A stretch of 64,000 bases of DNA from Verrucomicrobiota bacterium (lineage in GTDB: Bacteria > Verrucomicrobiota > Verrucomicrobiia > Limisphaerales > JACQFS01), in the NCBI GenBank assembly GCA_016199935.1, contig JACQFS010000018.1, forward strand, positions 18,785-82,784, read 5' to 3'. Positions 32,339-41,360 of the stretch are shown piece after piece (within the stretch, counting starts at the first letter, position 1; each line of letters starts with the position of its first letter). The notes beneath the pieces were generated by a model. That model saw only the letters and a program-made list of their open reading frames with translations, was not told the origin of the DNA and made no database searches. A program made the translations under genes and the position numbers.

Positions 32339-33136
32339 ATGCCTGACTGGCTCGTCATCGTGTTCCTCGGCCTCATCGAGGGCGTCACCGAGTTTCTGCC
32401 CGTGTCCTCCACGGGCCACCTGCTCATCGCCGAGCAGTTCGTGAATCGGCAGAGCGACCTCTTCAACGTCGTCATCCAGGCCGGCGCGGTGCTCGCGGTG
32501 CTCCCGCTCTTTCCGCAGCGCCTCGCGCAGTTCTTCACGCGCTTCCGCGAGGACGCCACGCGCGACTACCTTTGGAAATTGTTCACCGCCTTCGCCATCA
32601 CCGGCGCGGGCGGACTCGTGCTCGAGAAGCTCCACTTCAAGCTGCCGGAAAAAATCTTCCCCGTTGCCGTCGCGCTGCTCGCGGGCGGCGTGCTCTTCGT
32701 CGTCATCGAATGGCTGCTCGCGCGGCCGGGCGGCAGCACGCAGATCACGTGGGCCGTGGCCCTCGCGGTCGGGGTCGGGCAATTGGTCGCGGCGGTTTTC
32801 CCCGGCGCGTCGCGTTCGGGCACGACGATTCTGCTGATGCTCGTGCTCGGGTTGAGCCGGCCGGCGGCGACGGAGTTTTCCTTTCTCGTCGGCATCCCGA
32901 CGATGCTCGCGGCGAGCGGGCTGAAAATCCTCAAGGCGCTCCATCATCCGCCGCCCGGCACGCCGCCGGAGAATTGGGCGATGGTCGCGCTCGGCGCGGT
33001 GGTCGCGGCGGTGGTGTCGTTCGTCGCGGTGAAATGGCTGCTGCGCTACGTGCAGACGCACACGTTCACCGGCTTCGGCTGGTATCGCATCGCGCTCGGG
33101 GCCGCGCTGCTCGCGTGGGTGTTCCTCGAAAAGTGA
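32339..33136 (+). CDS. uppP: Undecaprenyl-diphosphate phosphatase
   Basis: GLIEGVTEFLPVSSTGH, PGASRSG, EFSFLVGIP. Confidence 0.95.
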   Translation: MPDWLVIVFLGLIEGVTEFLPVSSTGHLLIAEQFVNRQSDLFNVVIQAGAVLAVLPLFPQRLAQFFTRFREDATRDYLWKLFTAFAITGAGGLVLEKLHFKLPEKIFPVAVALLAGGVLFVVIEWLLARPGGSTQITWAVALAVGVGQLVAAVFPGASRSGTTILLMLVLGLSRPAATEFSFLVGIPTMLAASGLKILKALHHPPPGTPPENWAMVALGAVVAAVVSFVAVKWLLRYVQTHTFTGFGWYRIALGAALLAWVFLEK

Positions 33137-33167
33137 GGACGGGCGGCGGGGTTCCCGCGTTTTCCGT

Positions 33168-35414
33168 TCACGCGTCGAGCGACGCGCGCACCGCCCGCGC
33201 GAGCGCCTCGACCTGAAACGGTTTCTGCAAAAAGTTTTCCCCTTCCTTTAACTCGATGCCGTGCGCGGCGAGTTCGAGGCTGTAGCCGCTGCTGTAGATC
33301 ACCTTCAGCTCCGGCTTCTCCGCGGCGAGCTGTTTTCCGAGGTCCGCGCCGGACACACCCTCGGGCAGCGCAAAGTCGGTGAGCAACAGCGCGATCTCTC
33401 CGCGGTTGTCGGCCCAGATGACGCCGGCCTCCACGGCGTTGGCCGCCTCGAGCACGCGGTAGCCGTAGCGCTGGAGAATCGTGCGGGCCAGCGCGCGCAA
33501 CGCCGGCTCGTCCTCGACCACGAGGATCGTCTCGTGCCCGCCGCGCAGCGTCCCGATGGCCGACGGCAACCGGCGCGTGCCCTCGACGCTGCGGTCGCTC
33601 ACCGGCAGCATCACCTTGAACTCCGTGCCCCGGCCGACTTCGCTGCGGACCTCCACCCAGCCCTCGTGCTGGTTGACGATGCCGAACACCGTCGCGAGGC
33701 CGAGGCCCGTGCCCTTGCCGATTTCCTTCGTCGTGAAAAACGGCTCGAAGATTTTTTCCAAAATCTCCGCCGGGATGCCGGTGCCGGTGTCGGCCACGGT
33801 CAGCCGAACGAACCGTCCCGCGCGCGCCCCGGCGACCTTCGGCACGTTCGCGGCGGTGACTTCCTCGACGGCGGTGGTGAGCGTGAGCGTGCCGCCCCGG
33901 GGCATCGCGTCGCGAGCGTTGACGGCGAGATTCATGATCACCTGGTCCATCATGCCGGCGTCGGCGAAGACGGTCGGGAGTTTTTTCTCCGCGTTGAGCT
34001 CCAGCTTGATGTCCTCGCCGAGCACGCGCCCGATCATGCGCGCGACGCTCTCGACGACGTCGTTGAGGTTGAGGTTGGCGCGGGTGATGGCCTGCTTGCG
34101 GCTGAACATCAGGAGCTGGCGCGTGAGGTGGGCGGCGCGCTCGGTGGCGGCGCCGATCTGTTCGAGCGCCTCGCGCGTGCGCGCGTCCGGACTTTTCGTC
34201 GCGAGCAGTAGCGACGAGTAACCGCGGATGATCGTGAGCACGTTGTTGAAATCATGCGCGACGCCGGCGGAGAGGCGGCCGATGGATTCGAGCTTTTGCG
34301 ACTGCCGGAGCTGCGCCTCCAGCGTCACCTTCTCGGTGATGTCGCCCGCGTAGCAATGCACGCGGCGCAGCGTCAGCAGCGGATAGAACGACCACGAGAT
34401 GATGCGCCCGCCCATCTGCGACTCGCGGCGCAAGCGGCTGCGGCCGGAGGCGAGGCAGTCGCGGATGATCGCGGCCGCGTCGGACGGGAGCATCTCGACG
34501 GGATGTTTTTTGCCGAGCGCATCGGCGAGCCGCTGCGTCGCCTCGTTGAAATAATTCAGGTTGCCGTCCGCGGCGAACTCGAGCACCGGGTTGGGGTTGA
34601 GCTGCGCGAAGGCGGCGAGCTGGAGAATGGTGGCCTCCGCCTGCTTGCGCTCGGTGATGTTCATCATCGTGCCCACCATGCGCACGGCGCCGCCCGCGTC
34701 GTCGCGCACGATGTAGGCGCGGTCCTCGACCATCATGTAGAAACCATCGGCGCAGCGGAACAGATACTCGCCCCCCCACGTTGCGCCCGTGCCCTGGATC
34801 GCCTCCTCGAGACTGGCGACGAGCCGGTGGCGCTCCTCTGGATGAACATTTTCCACCCACCACTCCGGGTCCGGGCGCACCTGGTCGCGCGTGTAGCCGA
34901 AAAGCGTGGTGATGCCGTCGTTCCACTCGATGCGGTTGCCGCGGATGTCCCAGTCCCAGATCGCGTTGTTGGTCGCGCGCGCGACGAGTTGGAAGCGTTC
35001 CTCGTTGCTGCGGAGTTCCGCCTCCATCCGCCGCCGTTGCGTGAGGTGTTCGGCGCGGCGCTTCGCGATGGCGAGCCGCACGAGCAGCAACTCCTGCGTC
35101 ACCGGTTTGGGCAGATAATCATCCGCGCCGGCCTCGAGCACGTCGAGGTATTGGTCGGGCGAGTTGCCGCTCGTGACCACCACGATGATGCAGGCATCGC
35201 CCCCGGGCGCGGCGCGCAGGCGGCGGCACAACTCGAGCGCGTCCATGCCCGGCAGATACCAGTCGAGCACGACGACGGATGGCGATTCGCGCTGAAAAAT
35301 TTCCCACCCTTCAGCCGGCTGCGGCGTGGTGATGACTTCGAGGCCAAGTTCGCGGCCGATCTCGCGATAGCACGCGCGCACCGCCGGGTCGTGATGAACC
35401 AGCAGCGCCTTCAT
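33168..35414 (-). CDS. Hybrid sensor kinase (REC-PAS-PAS-HisKA-HATPase-REC)
   Basis: LDWYLPGMD, AHDFNNVL, NLAVNARDAM, DTGTG, GTGLGL, terminal receiver domain. Confidence 0.93.
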   Translation of the reverse strand: MKALLVHHDPAVRACYREIGRELGLEVITTPQPAEGWEIFQRESPSVVVLDWYLPGMDALELCRRLRAAPGGDACIIVVVTSGNSPDQYLDVLEAGADDYLPKPVTQELLLVRLAIAKRRAEHLTQRRRMEAELRSNEERFQLVARATNNAIWDWDIRGNRIEWNDGITTLFGYTRDQVRPDPEWWVENVHPEERHRLVASLEEAIQGTGATWGGEYLFRCADGFYMMVEDRAYIVRDDAGGAVRMVGTMMNITERKQAEATILQLAAFAQLNPNPVLEFAADGNLNYFNEATQRLADALGKKHPVEMLPSDAAAIIRDCLASGRSRLRRESQMGGRIISWSFYPLLTLRRVHCYAGDITEKVTLEAQLRQSQKLESIGRLSAGVAHDFNNVLTIIRGYSSLLLATKSPDARTREALEQIGAATERAAHLTRQLLMFSRKQAITRANLNLNDVVESVARMIGRVLGEDIKLELNAEKKLPTVFADAGMMDQVIMNLAVNARDAMPRGGTLTLTTAVEEVTAANVPKVAGARAGRFVRLTVADTGTGIPAEILEKIFEPFFTTKEIGKGTGLGLATVFGIVNQHEGWVEVRSEVGRGTEFKVMLPVSDRSVEGTRRLPSAIGTLRGGHETILVVEDEPALRALARTILQRYGYRVLEAANAVEAGVIWADNRGEIALLLTDFALPEGVSGADLGKQLAAEKPELKVIYSSGYSLELAAHGIELKEGENFLQKPFQVEALARAVRASLDA

Positions 35415-35469
35415 GCGGGCGCGGTCGGGCGGGGCGATGAAATGTCGGGCGGCATGGCGCGTGAAATCG

Positions 35470-35554
35470 TGGTGCGCGAGAGAGGACTTGAACCTCCAAC
35501 CCTTGCGGGACCGGATCCTAAGTCCGGCGCGTCTGCCAATTCCGCCACTCGCGC
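35470..35554 (-). tRNA. tRNA-Leu (anticodon TAG)
   Basis: GCGCGAG acceptor stem, long variable arm, GGTTCAAGTCC T-arm, encoded CCA; 85 nt. Confidence 0.96.
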
Positions 35555-35671
35555 GAACACCGCGCGCACCATTGCCGAATCGGGGCCGAACCTCAAGCTG
35601 GAACGCCGCGGCCGCGCGCGGCGCAAAAAGTTGGTGCTTGGAACTGCCGCCCCGTTTGCTACACCGCCCGG

Positions 35672-37690
35672 ATGAAATTCCGTTTGCTCTGCGCCCCGCT
35701 CCTGCTCGTCCTCACTTTCACGGCCGCCGCCGCCGACCCGAAGGACAACCAGATTGAAAATGTCCGCCGCGTTCCGCCGCTCGGCGTGAAGGTTTCCGAA
35801 AAGGACCGCGCCGAGCTGCAGGCCGGGCTCGCGTCGCTCGCGACGCAGATGCAGGTGCTGCGCGAGCAACTGCGCACGCAGCCCAAATTGCTGGAGCTGT
35901 TGCCCGACGTGGAGATTTTTCACAAGGCCGTGCGTGTGGCGCTGACCTACGACGAGTTTTCCAAATCCAATGAGATCGCCACGGCCAGGGCACTGCTCAA
36001 GACCGGCTACGAGCGCGCGCTCGCGTTGAAGCAGGGCAGGACGCCGTGGCTCACGACCAACGGGCTCGTCGTCCGCGGCTTCACGTCGAAGATCGACGGC
36101 TCGGTGCAGCCCTACGGCGTCGTGCTGCCCGAGGCGTGCCCAGGCTGCGCGCCGTTTCGTTTGGACATCTGGTTCCACGGGCGCGGCGAGACGTTGAGCG
36201 AATTGAATTTCATCGCGGGGCGGCAGAAGGATCCCGGCCAGTTCACGCCGGCCAAGACCATCGTGCTGCACGTTTACAACCGCTTCTGCAATCCCGCGCG
36301 GTTCGCGGGCGAGACGGATGTCTTCGAGGCGCTCGACCACGTGAAGAAATGGCAGCCGGTGGACGAGGACCGCATCCTCGTGCGCGGCTTCTCGATGGGC
36401 GGGGCGTCGTGCTGGGATTTCGCGACGCATCATGCGTGGCGTTGGGCCGCGGCGAATCCGGGTGCGGGCTTTTCCGAGACGGCGGACTTCCTGAAAGTTT
36501 TCCAAAGCGAGGACCTCAAGCCCCAGCCGTGGGAGCAGAAACTCTGGCGGCTCTACGACGCGACCGATTACGCGATCAACATCTTCAACGTCCCCACCGT
36601 CGCCTACAGCGGCGAGGACGACAAACAGAAGCAGGCCGCCGACATGATGGAAAAGGCGATGGCCGCCGAGGGTCTCAAGCTCACGCACATAATCGGGCCG
36701 AAGACTGGCCACAAATACGAGCCGAACGCCAAGAAGCAGGTCGAGGAACTCGTGGACGCCGCCGCCGCGAAGGGCCGCAATCCCGTGCCGACGCAGGTGA
36801 AGTTCACCACCTTCACGCTGCGCTACAACAAAATGGCGTGGGTGGAGGTGGACGGCTTGGAGGAACATTGGGAGCGCGGCCGCGTGGACGCCGAGTTGAA
36901 CAAGGATGGCAACTCGATCAAGGCCACGACCAAGGGCGTGACGGCGGTCACGTTCGCGTTCGATGCGGGCAAATATCCGCTCGATCCGAAGAAGCCGGCG
37001 ACCATCCTCATTGACGGCCAGAAACTCTCGGCCCCCGGCGCGACGGGCGCGTTCGCCGCGCACTTCCGCAAGGAGAATGGCAAATGGCAGGCGGTGCAGC
37101 TTCCCGCGTCCAGCAATCCCGGCCCCGCGCTCGCCAAGCGCCACGGTCTCCAAGGCCCGATTGACGACGCGTTCATGGACAGCTTCATGTTCGTGCGCCC
37201 GACGAGCGCCGCGTTGAATCCCAAGGTTGGCGCGTGGGTGCGCGGCGAGATGCAGCACGCCATCACGCATTGGCGCCAGCAGTTCCGCGGCGACGCGCGC
37301 GTGAAGGACGACTCCGTGGTGACCGATGCCGACATTGCCGCGCACAACCTCGTCCTCTGGGGCGACCCGCAGAGCAACAAGCTCCTCGCGCGCATCGCGG
37401 ACAAGCTGCCGGTCAAGTGGGGCGCGAACGGCCTCGTCGTCGCGGGCAAGACCTACGATGCGGGCAGCCACGTGCCGGTGCTCATCTACCCGAACCCGCT
37501 GAACCCGCGGCGCTACGTGGTGATCAACAGCAGCTTCACCTACCGCGAATACGACTACCTCAACAACGCGCGCCAGACGCCCAAGCTGCCCGACTGGGCG
37601 GTGGTGGACATCAGCAAGCCCGTGACCTCGCGCTTCCCCGGCGACATTGCCGCCGCGGGCTTCTTCGGGGAAAAGTGGGACGTGAAGTGA
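35672..37690 (+). CDS. Secreted alpha/beta-hydrolase (peptidase S9/esterase-like)
   Basis: Signal peptide, WFHGRG, GFSMGG nucleophile motif, TGHKY. Confidence 0.8.
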   Translation: MKFRLLCAPLLLVLTFTAAAADPKDNQIENVRRVPPLGVKVSEKDRAELQAGLASLATQMQVLREQLRTQPKLLELLPDVEIFHKAVRVALTYDEFSKSNEIATARALLKTGYERALALKQGRTPWLTTNGLVVRGFTSKIDGSVQPYGVVLPEACPGCAPFRLDIWFHGRGETLSELNFIAGRQKDPGQFTPAKTIVLHVYNRFCNPARFAGETDVFEALDHVKKWQPVDEDRILVRGFSMGGASCWDFATHHAWRWAAANPGAGFSETADFLKVFQSEDLKPQPWEQKLWRLYDATDYAINIFNVPTVAYSGEDDKQKQAADMMEKAMAAEGLKLTHIIGPKTGHKYEPNAKKQVEELVDAAAAKGRNPVPTQVKFTTFTLRYNKMAWVEVDGLEEHWERGRVDAELNKDGNSIKATTKGVTAVTFAFDAGKYPLDPKKPATILIDGQKLSAPGATGAFAAHFRKENGKWQAVQLPASSNPGPALAKRHGLQGPIDDAFMDSFMFVRPTSAALNPKVGAWVRGEMQHAITHWRQQFRGDARVKDDSVVTDADIAAHNLVLWGDPQSNKLLARIADKLPVKWGANGLVVAGKTYDAGSHVPVLIYPNPLNPRRYVVINSSFTYREYDYLNNARQTPKLPDWAVVDISKPVTSRFPGDIAAAGFFGEKWDVK

Positions 37691-37723
37691 GCGGCGTCGC
37701 GCTCGCTCGCTCATTCAGTCCGT

Positions 37724-38020
37724 TCAAAACTTCGGCTCTTCACGGGCGCCATGCCACACGTGGAGAATTTCCACGCCGCGCGTCTCCTCGCTCACGTCGT
37801 AGAAGATGCGGTAGGAGCGGAAGACAATCTCGCGCAGCGGCCCGCGCGTGCCGCGCGGATACGCGGGGCCGATCAATGGAAACGAGCCGAGAATGCGGAC
37901 GTGGGCGAGAATGCCGCGCCCCATGCGCAGGGCCGCCTCGGGATTGTCGCGGGCGATGTAGGCGCAAAGCTCTTGGAGATCCGTGAGCGCCGCCTCCGAC
38001 CAGATTACTTTGAAGTCCAT
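37724..38020 (-). CDS. RelE/ParE-family toxin
   Basis: VIWSEAALTDL, FPLIG, YRIFY, EILHVWHGAR. Confidence 0.88.
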   Translation of the reverse strand: MDFKVIWSEAALTDLQELCAYIARDNPEAALRMGRGILAHVRILGSFPLIGPAYPRGTRGPLREIVFRSYRIFYDVSEETRGVEILHVWHGAREEPKF

Positions 38021-38202
38021 GCCGTGGCCCACGACTCGACGAGCTGTTCGGCCTCTTCATGGGTCTTGGTGCGCCCGGCGGCGACATCGGCGCGACCGCG
38101 GCGGACGGCGGCCATGATGTGCAACTCCGCAGTGATCTCTTCGAGGGAGGCTTGCTCCGGGAGCCGGCCCAGCGCGTCCAACACGGCTTGCTTGTCTGTC
38201 AT
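38005..38202 (-). CDS. Cognate antitoxin (65 aa)
   Basis: MTDKQAVLDALGRLPEQASLEEI...RRGRADVAAGRTKTHEE; overlaps the toxin start. Confidence 0.85.
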   Translation of the reverse strand: MTDKQAVLDALGRLPEQASLEEITAELHIMAAVRRGRADVAAGRTKTHEEAEQLVESWATAWTSK

Positions 38203-38279
38203 GCGTTCACGTTTACCCCTGCGCGGGCGGAAGGGCAAGCGGTGCGTGGCCCCCGGCGACCTCGCCGCCTGTCCGGGGT

Positions 38280-38552
38280 TCAGTGATCCTGCACTTCGTA
38301 GGACTTGACCAGGCCGCCCACCAGCTTCACGCGGAACTGGCTGGTGCGCCCCCACGGCCGCCGGATGGTGTAGCCCAACACTTCCGTGATGTCGTCGGGC
38401 AGGACGGTTTGGGGTTTGCCGAGCTTCTTGACGACTTCCTCCCGCGTCATGCCGACGGAAATCTTCGCGGGTTCGGCCGGGCAGATGTGCCCCGGCAGCC
38501 GGCAGCCGGCCAAAAGCAAAACGAGCGACAGCAGCAATAACGTTGGTTTCAT
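38280..38552 (-). CDS. Small lipoprotein, SmpA/BamE-like
   Basis: LLAGC lipobox; ISVGMTREEVVKKLGKP. Confidence 0.8.
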   Translation of the reverse strand: MKPTLLLLSLVLLLAGCRLPGHICPAEPAKISVGMTREEVVKKLGKPQTVLPDDITEVLGYTIRRPWGRTSQFRVKLVGGLVKSYEVQDH

Positions 38553-38644
38553 CAAATCAAGGGGGTTGTGGGTGCGCGCGGCGGGTGATGGTGGCTGAAT
38601 CGATTGGGCCGCCAAAGTTGACGCGTTTGATTGCGGCGGGCGGC

Positions 38645-38673
38645 ACGCTATTCGAGTGCGGAATTTTTGTCCA
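38645..38673 (-). promoter_or_regulatory. Sigma70-like promoter TGGACA-N17-TAGCGT
   Basis: Same geometry recurs at 39240-39268 and 61556-61584. Confidence 0.6.
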
Positions 38674-38760
38674 CCCTGCGCCGGCGCGGGCTTCTTCGGG
38701 GAAAAGTGGGAAGTGAAGTAAGCTCGCGTGTTGGCTCTCGCGACTGGTTGGGTTTTCTTC

Positions 38761-39180
38761 CTAGTGATAGAGTGATCGCGGATCCTTAAGCCGGTCGAGA
38801 AATCCAAGAAAATCTGCACCAAGCTTGACGGCAGAACTGTAGTCAAAACCTATGTCTGCAACCAAAACAACCGAAGGCGGATCAGTGCGGTAATCCAAAC
38901 TGTAGGTATCGCCTCCGCCTGTGCTCCCGAAAAAAAGAAAGGCCGGATAATACTCTTGAACGTGATTCGCACGATTGTAAGCAACGATCTCATCGGCACT
39001 CCAAAGTTGAAGCTCGTGGTCACCAATGACACCGGTCATGCCATCAGACTCGGTGAGGATTTGACCTAGCTCTTCCGGCAGCTTCCGCCCGAAAGTTTCT
39101 TCGATCTTCGCAATGGCTCCCGGTGAAGCACCGTGAGTGCCTTTGAACCCCTCCAGCCGCGCTACAAGTGCTTCGTCCAT
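38761..39180 (-). CDS. SMI1/KNR4-family immunity-like protein
   Basis: ASPGAIAKIEETFGRKLPEE, SDG, FFGSTGGGDTYSLD; AT-richer. Confidence 0.85.
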   Translation of the reverse strand: MDEALVARLEGFKGTHGASPGAIAKIEETFGRKLPEELGQILTESDGMTGVIGDHELQLWSADEIVAYNRANHVQEYYPAFLFFGSTGGGDTYSLDYRTDPPSVVLVADIGFDYSSAVKLGADFLGFLDRLKDPRSLYH

Positions 39181-39239
39181 TTCTTATTGCCAAAAAGACA
39201 TTGGGCCTTTGATTTGACGCCTTTGATTACGCTGGTGGC

Positions 39240-39268
39240 ACTCTATTTGGACGGGGTGCTTTTGTCCA
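39240..39268 (-). promoter_or_regulatory. Sigma70-like promoter TGGACA-N17-TAGAGT
   Basis: Lies within an ~80-bp block similar to 38603-38682. Confidence 0.6.
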
Positions 39269-39347
39269 CACCGCGCCACCGCTCGGCAAACCCGCGGCCG
39301 TCCTCCCTCGCGGCGCGCTGAGAGCAGCGCGCCCGGAACCGGCCGAT

Positions 39348-39840
39348 CGTTCCGAAGAACGGTGATCCCTTTCCTTGGAACCGCCTCCCCGTTCCGCGGA
39401 ACGGCGGCCCGTTCCCGGTGTTTTCGCCAAAAACCGCGTGTTTCTCCGGCGGAAGCCCGCCAACGGCCGCGCCGTTCCCGCCGACGGCGGGACGGTTGGC
39501 ACCGCCGGCCAATGTTGGAGCCAACGGCGAAAAAGTTGGCGTGAACGGCGGAAAAATCCCCGCCGACGGCGAAACGGTTGGTGCCGCCGGCCGGCCGGTT
39601 GGCTCCAATGGCGGGACCGTTCACGCCGAACAGTCCGGCGGTTGGAGGGAACGGTTAAAATGTTGGAGCCAACGGCGCGACGGTTGGCGGGAACGGCGAA
39701 ATGGTCGGCCCCAACGCCCGGACGGTTGGAGCCAACGGCGAAAAAGTTGGCGTGAACCGCGAAAAAATCCCCGCCAACGGCGAAACGGTTGGGGCCGTCG
39801 GCGCGGCCGTCGGCGGGAACGGCGGAAGCGTCGGCGCGGC
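39348..39840. repeat. Degenerate 21-bp tandem repeat array
   Basis: Units such as GTTGGAGCCAACGGCGAAAAA; near-exact 3-unit duplication at 39514 and 39725; one 22-nt unit. Confidence 0.85.
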
Positions 39841-39882
39841 TTTTTTGCCCATTCCGGGGCTCCGGCAGCCCAACCCGCGTCA

Positions 39883-39984
39883 TGGACTGCGCCGGCAGAG
39901 CGCAGCGGCGACGGCGCTTTCACCCAAGCCAACGCCTATCCGACATCGAAAGCGGCGTCGTGCTTCGCTTGCCGCCGCAGTCCA
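39883..39984. repeat. REP-like palindrome
   Basis: TGGACTGCGCCGGCAGAGCGCAGCGGCGACGGCGCTTTC ... GAAAGCGGCGTCGTGCTTCGCTTGCCGCCGCAGTCCA, imperfect IR. Confidence 0.8.
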
Positions 39985-39991
39985 AAACACC

Positions 39992-41116
39992 TCACGCCAC
40001 CGGCGTGTGCTGGAACTTGCGCACGCGGCCGTAGGGCACCCATTCCAGCACGTAGAGGTCACCGCGCGAATCCACGCACAGCGCGTGCGGCGTGGTGAAC
40101 TTGTCCTTCGCGCCGTGCTCGAACTGCTCCTTCGGCGTCCCGCGCCCGTCGCCGAGGCGCGCGACCGGCTGGTCATTCTTGTCGAGGATGACGACGAGGC
40201 TGCCGAGGTCGGGCACGTAGAGATGATCCTTGTGCTGGTAGAAGCAGCACGGGTTGCGCACGAAGTCACCGCTGATGGTGCGGACGTAATTCAGTTCGAG
40301 GTCATAGACTTCGTAACGCCCGTTCGCGCGGTCGGCGATGTAAACCTCGGGCGTCTTCCTGAGCGTGTTGACCCAGACGCCGTGGCAGGTGTTGAAGAGG
40401 CCGTGCTCGGCGTCCGGCCCCTTCTTCGTGCTGCGCCCGCCGATGGTCTTGAGGTGTTTGAAATTTTTGTCGAACCGGCTGACGATCTGGCTGCCGTAGC
40501 CGTCCACGATGTAGATGTCGCCATTGGGCGCGACGGCGACGTCGGTGGGATTGGTCCAGGTGAACTTCTGCGAGGTGGAGGATTCCTTGTCCACGTTGCC
40601 GATGGTGTAGAGCACCTTGCCCTTGAGGTCGGTCTTGTAAACGCGCTTGCCGAGATTTTTCTCCGGGCCACCGACGTTCTCGGTGAAGTAGAGGAATTCG
40701 TTGCGGCCCTCCTTGCTCCAGTAAATGCAGTGGGCCGTGGCCATCACCTGCTCGGGCGTGTAGCCGACCTTGTCGCCGAAATCCTTGCTCCACGTTTCCA
40801 GCAGCTTGCCCTCGCGGCTGAACACGGCCACGCACGGGCTGATCGAGCGTGAGGTGACGTAAATGCGGTCCTTGGAGTCCACGACGATGCCGCAGCCGAG
40901 CCCGTAGCTCATGCCGGTGGGTAATTTGCCCCAGCCTTCGTCGAGCGTGTAGGTGAACTTGCCGCTGCCGATGCGGACCGGCTCCGGTTTGAGCGTGAGT
41001 GGATCGGCGGCGTGGGCCACCGAACCCGCGCTGGCAGCGGCTGCGGCGGTGGCGGTGGTGGCGAGGAAATCGCGGCGGGTGAGGCGTTTGGGGAAGAGGT
41101 ATTGCGTGGTGTTCAT
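39992..41116 (-). CDS. Tat-exported NHL-repeat beta-propeller protein
   Basis: TRRDFL Tat motif; PTDVAVAPNGDIYIVDGYG, TPHALCVD. Confidence 0.88.
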   Translation of the reverse strand: MNTTQYLFPKRLTRRDFLATTATAAAAASAGSVAHAADPLTLKPEPVRIGSGKFTYTLDEGWGKLPTGMSYGLGCGIVVDSKDRIYVTSRSISPCVAVFSREGKLLETWSKDFGDKVGYTPEQVMATAHCIYWSKEGRNEFLYFTENVGGPEKNLGKRVYKTDLKGKVLYTIGNVDKESSTSQKFTWTNPTDVAVAPNGDIYIVDGYGSQIVSRFDKNFKHLKTIGGRSTKKGPDAEHGLFNTCHGVWVNTLRKTPEVYIADRANGRYEVYDLELNYVRTISGDFVRNPCCFYQHKDHLYVPDLGSLVVILDKNDQPVARLGDGRGTPKEQFEHGAKDKFTTPHALCVDSRGDLYVLEWVPYGRVRKFQHTPVA

Positions 41117-41360
41117 GGTGACGATGAGTCTGGGATTTGCGTCGAGCGTAGCAAATCCGGGCGCGGCGTGAATGGAGGATTCTCGCAACGCCGATGGAGA
41201 AAAAAAGTGCGGTCAAGTCGGTCCATGAATCGTCCGTGAGACACATCGCTGTTTTGCGAAAACCATTCTGATTTAAGTGCATCTATGCGCGTGACACGGG
41301 CAGGCCTCTTTACGTTAAATGTCGGGGATCGTCTGAAAGACGCGATTGGGCAAGAACCCG

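Larger units (their letters stand above)
37654..38723 (+). repeat. 39-bp direct repeat of the hydrolase 3' end
   Basis: 37654-37692 versus 38685-38723, 37/39 identical, first 27 bp perfect. Confidence 0.85.

Noticed and set aside
35470-35554. tRNA-Leu as an island integration site
   Set aside because: No duplicated tRNA 3' end or integrase; host-like genes on both sides.
39348-39840. Possible CRISPR array
   Set aside because: Contiguous degenerate 21-bp units, no unique spacers, no cas genes.
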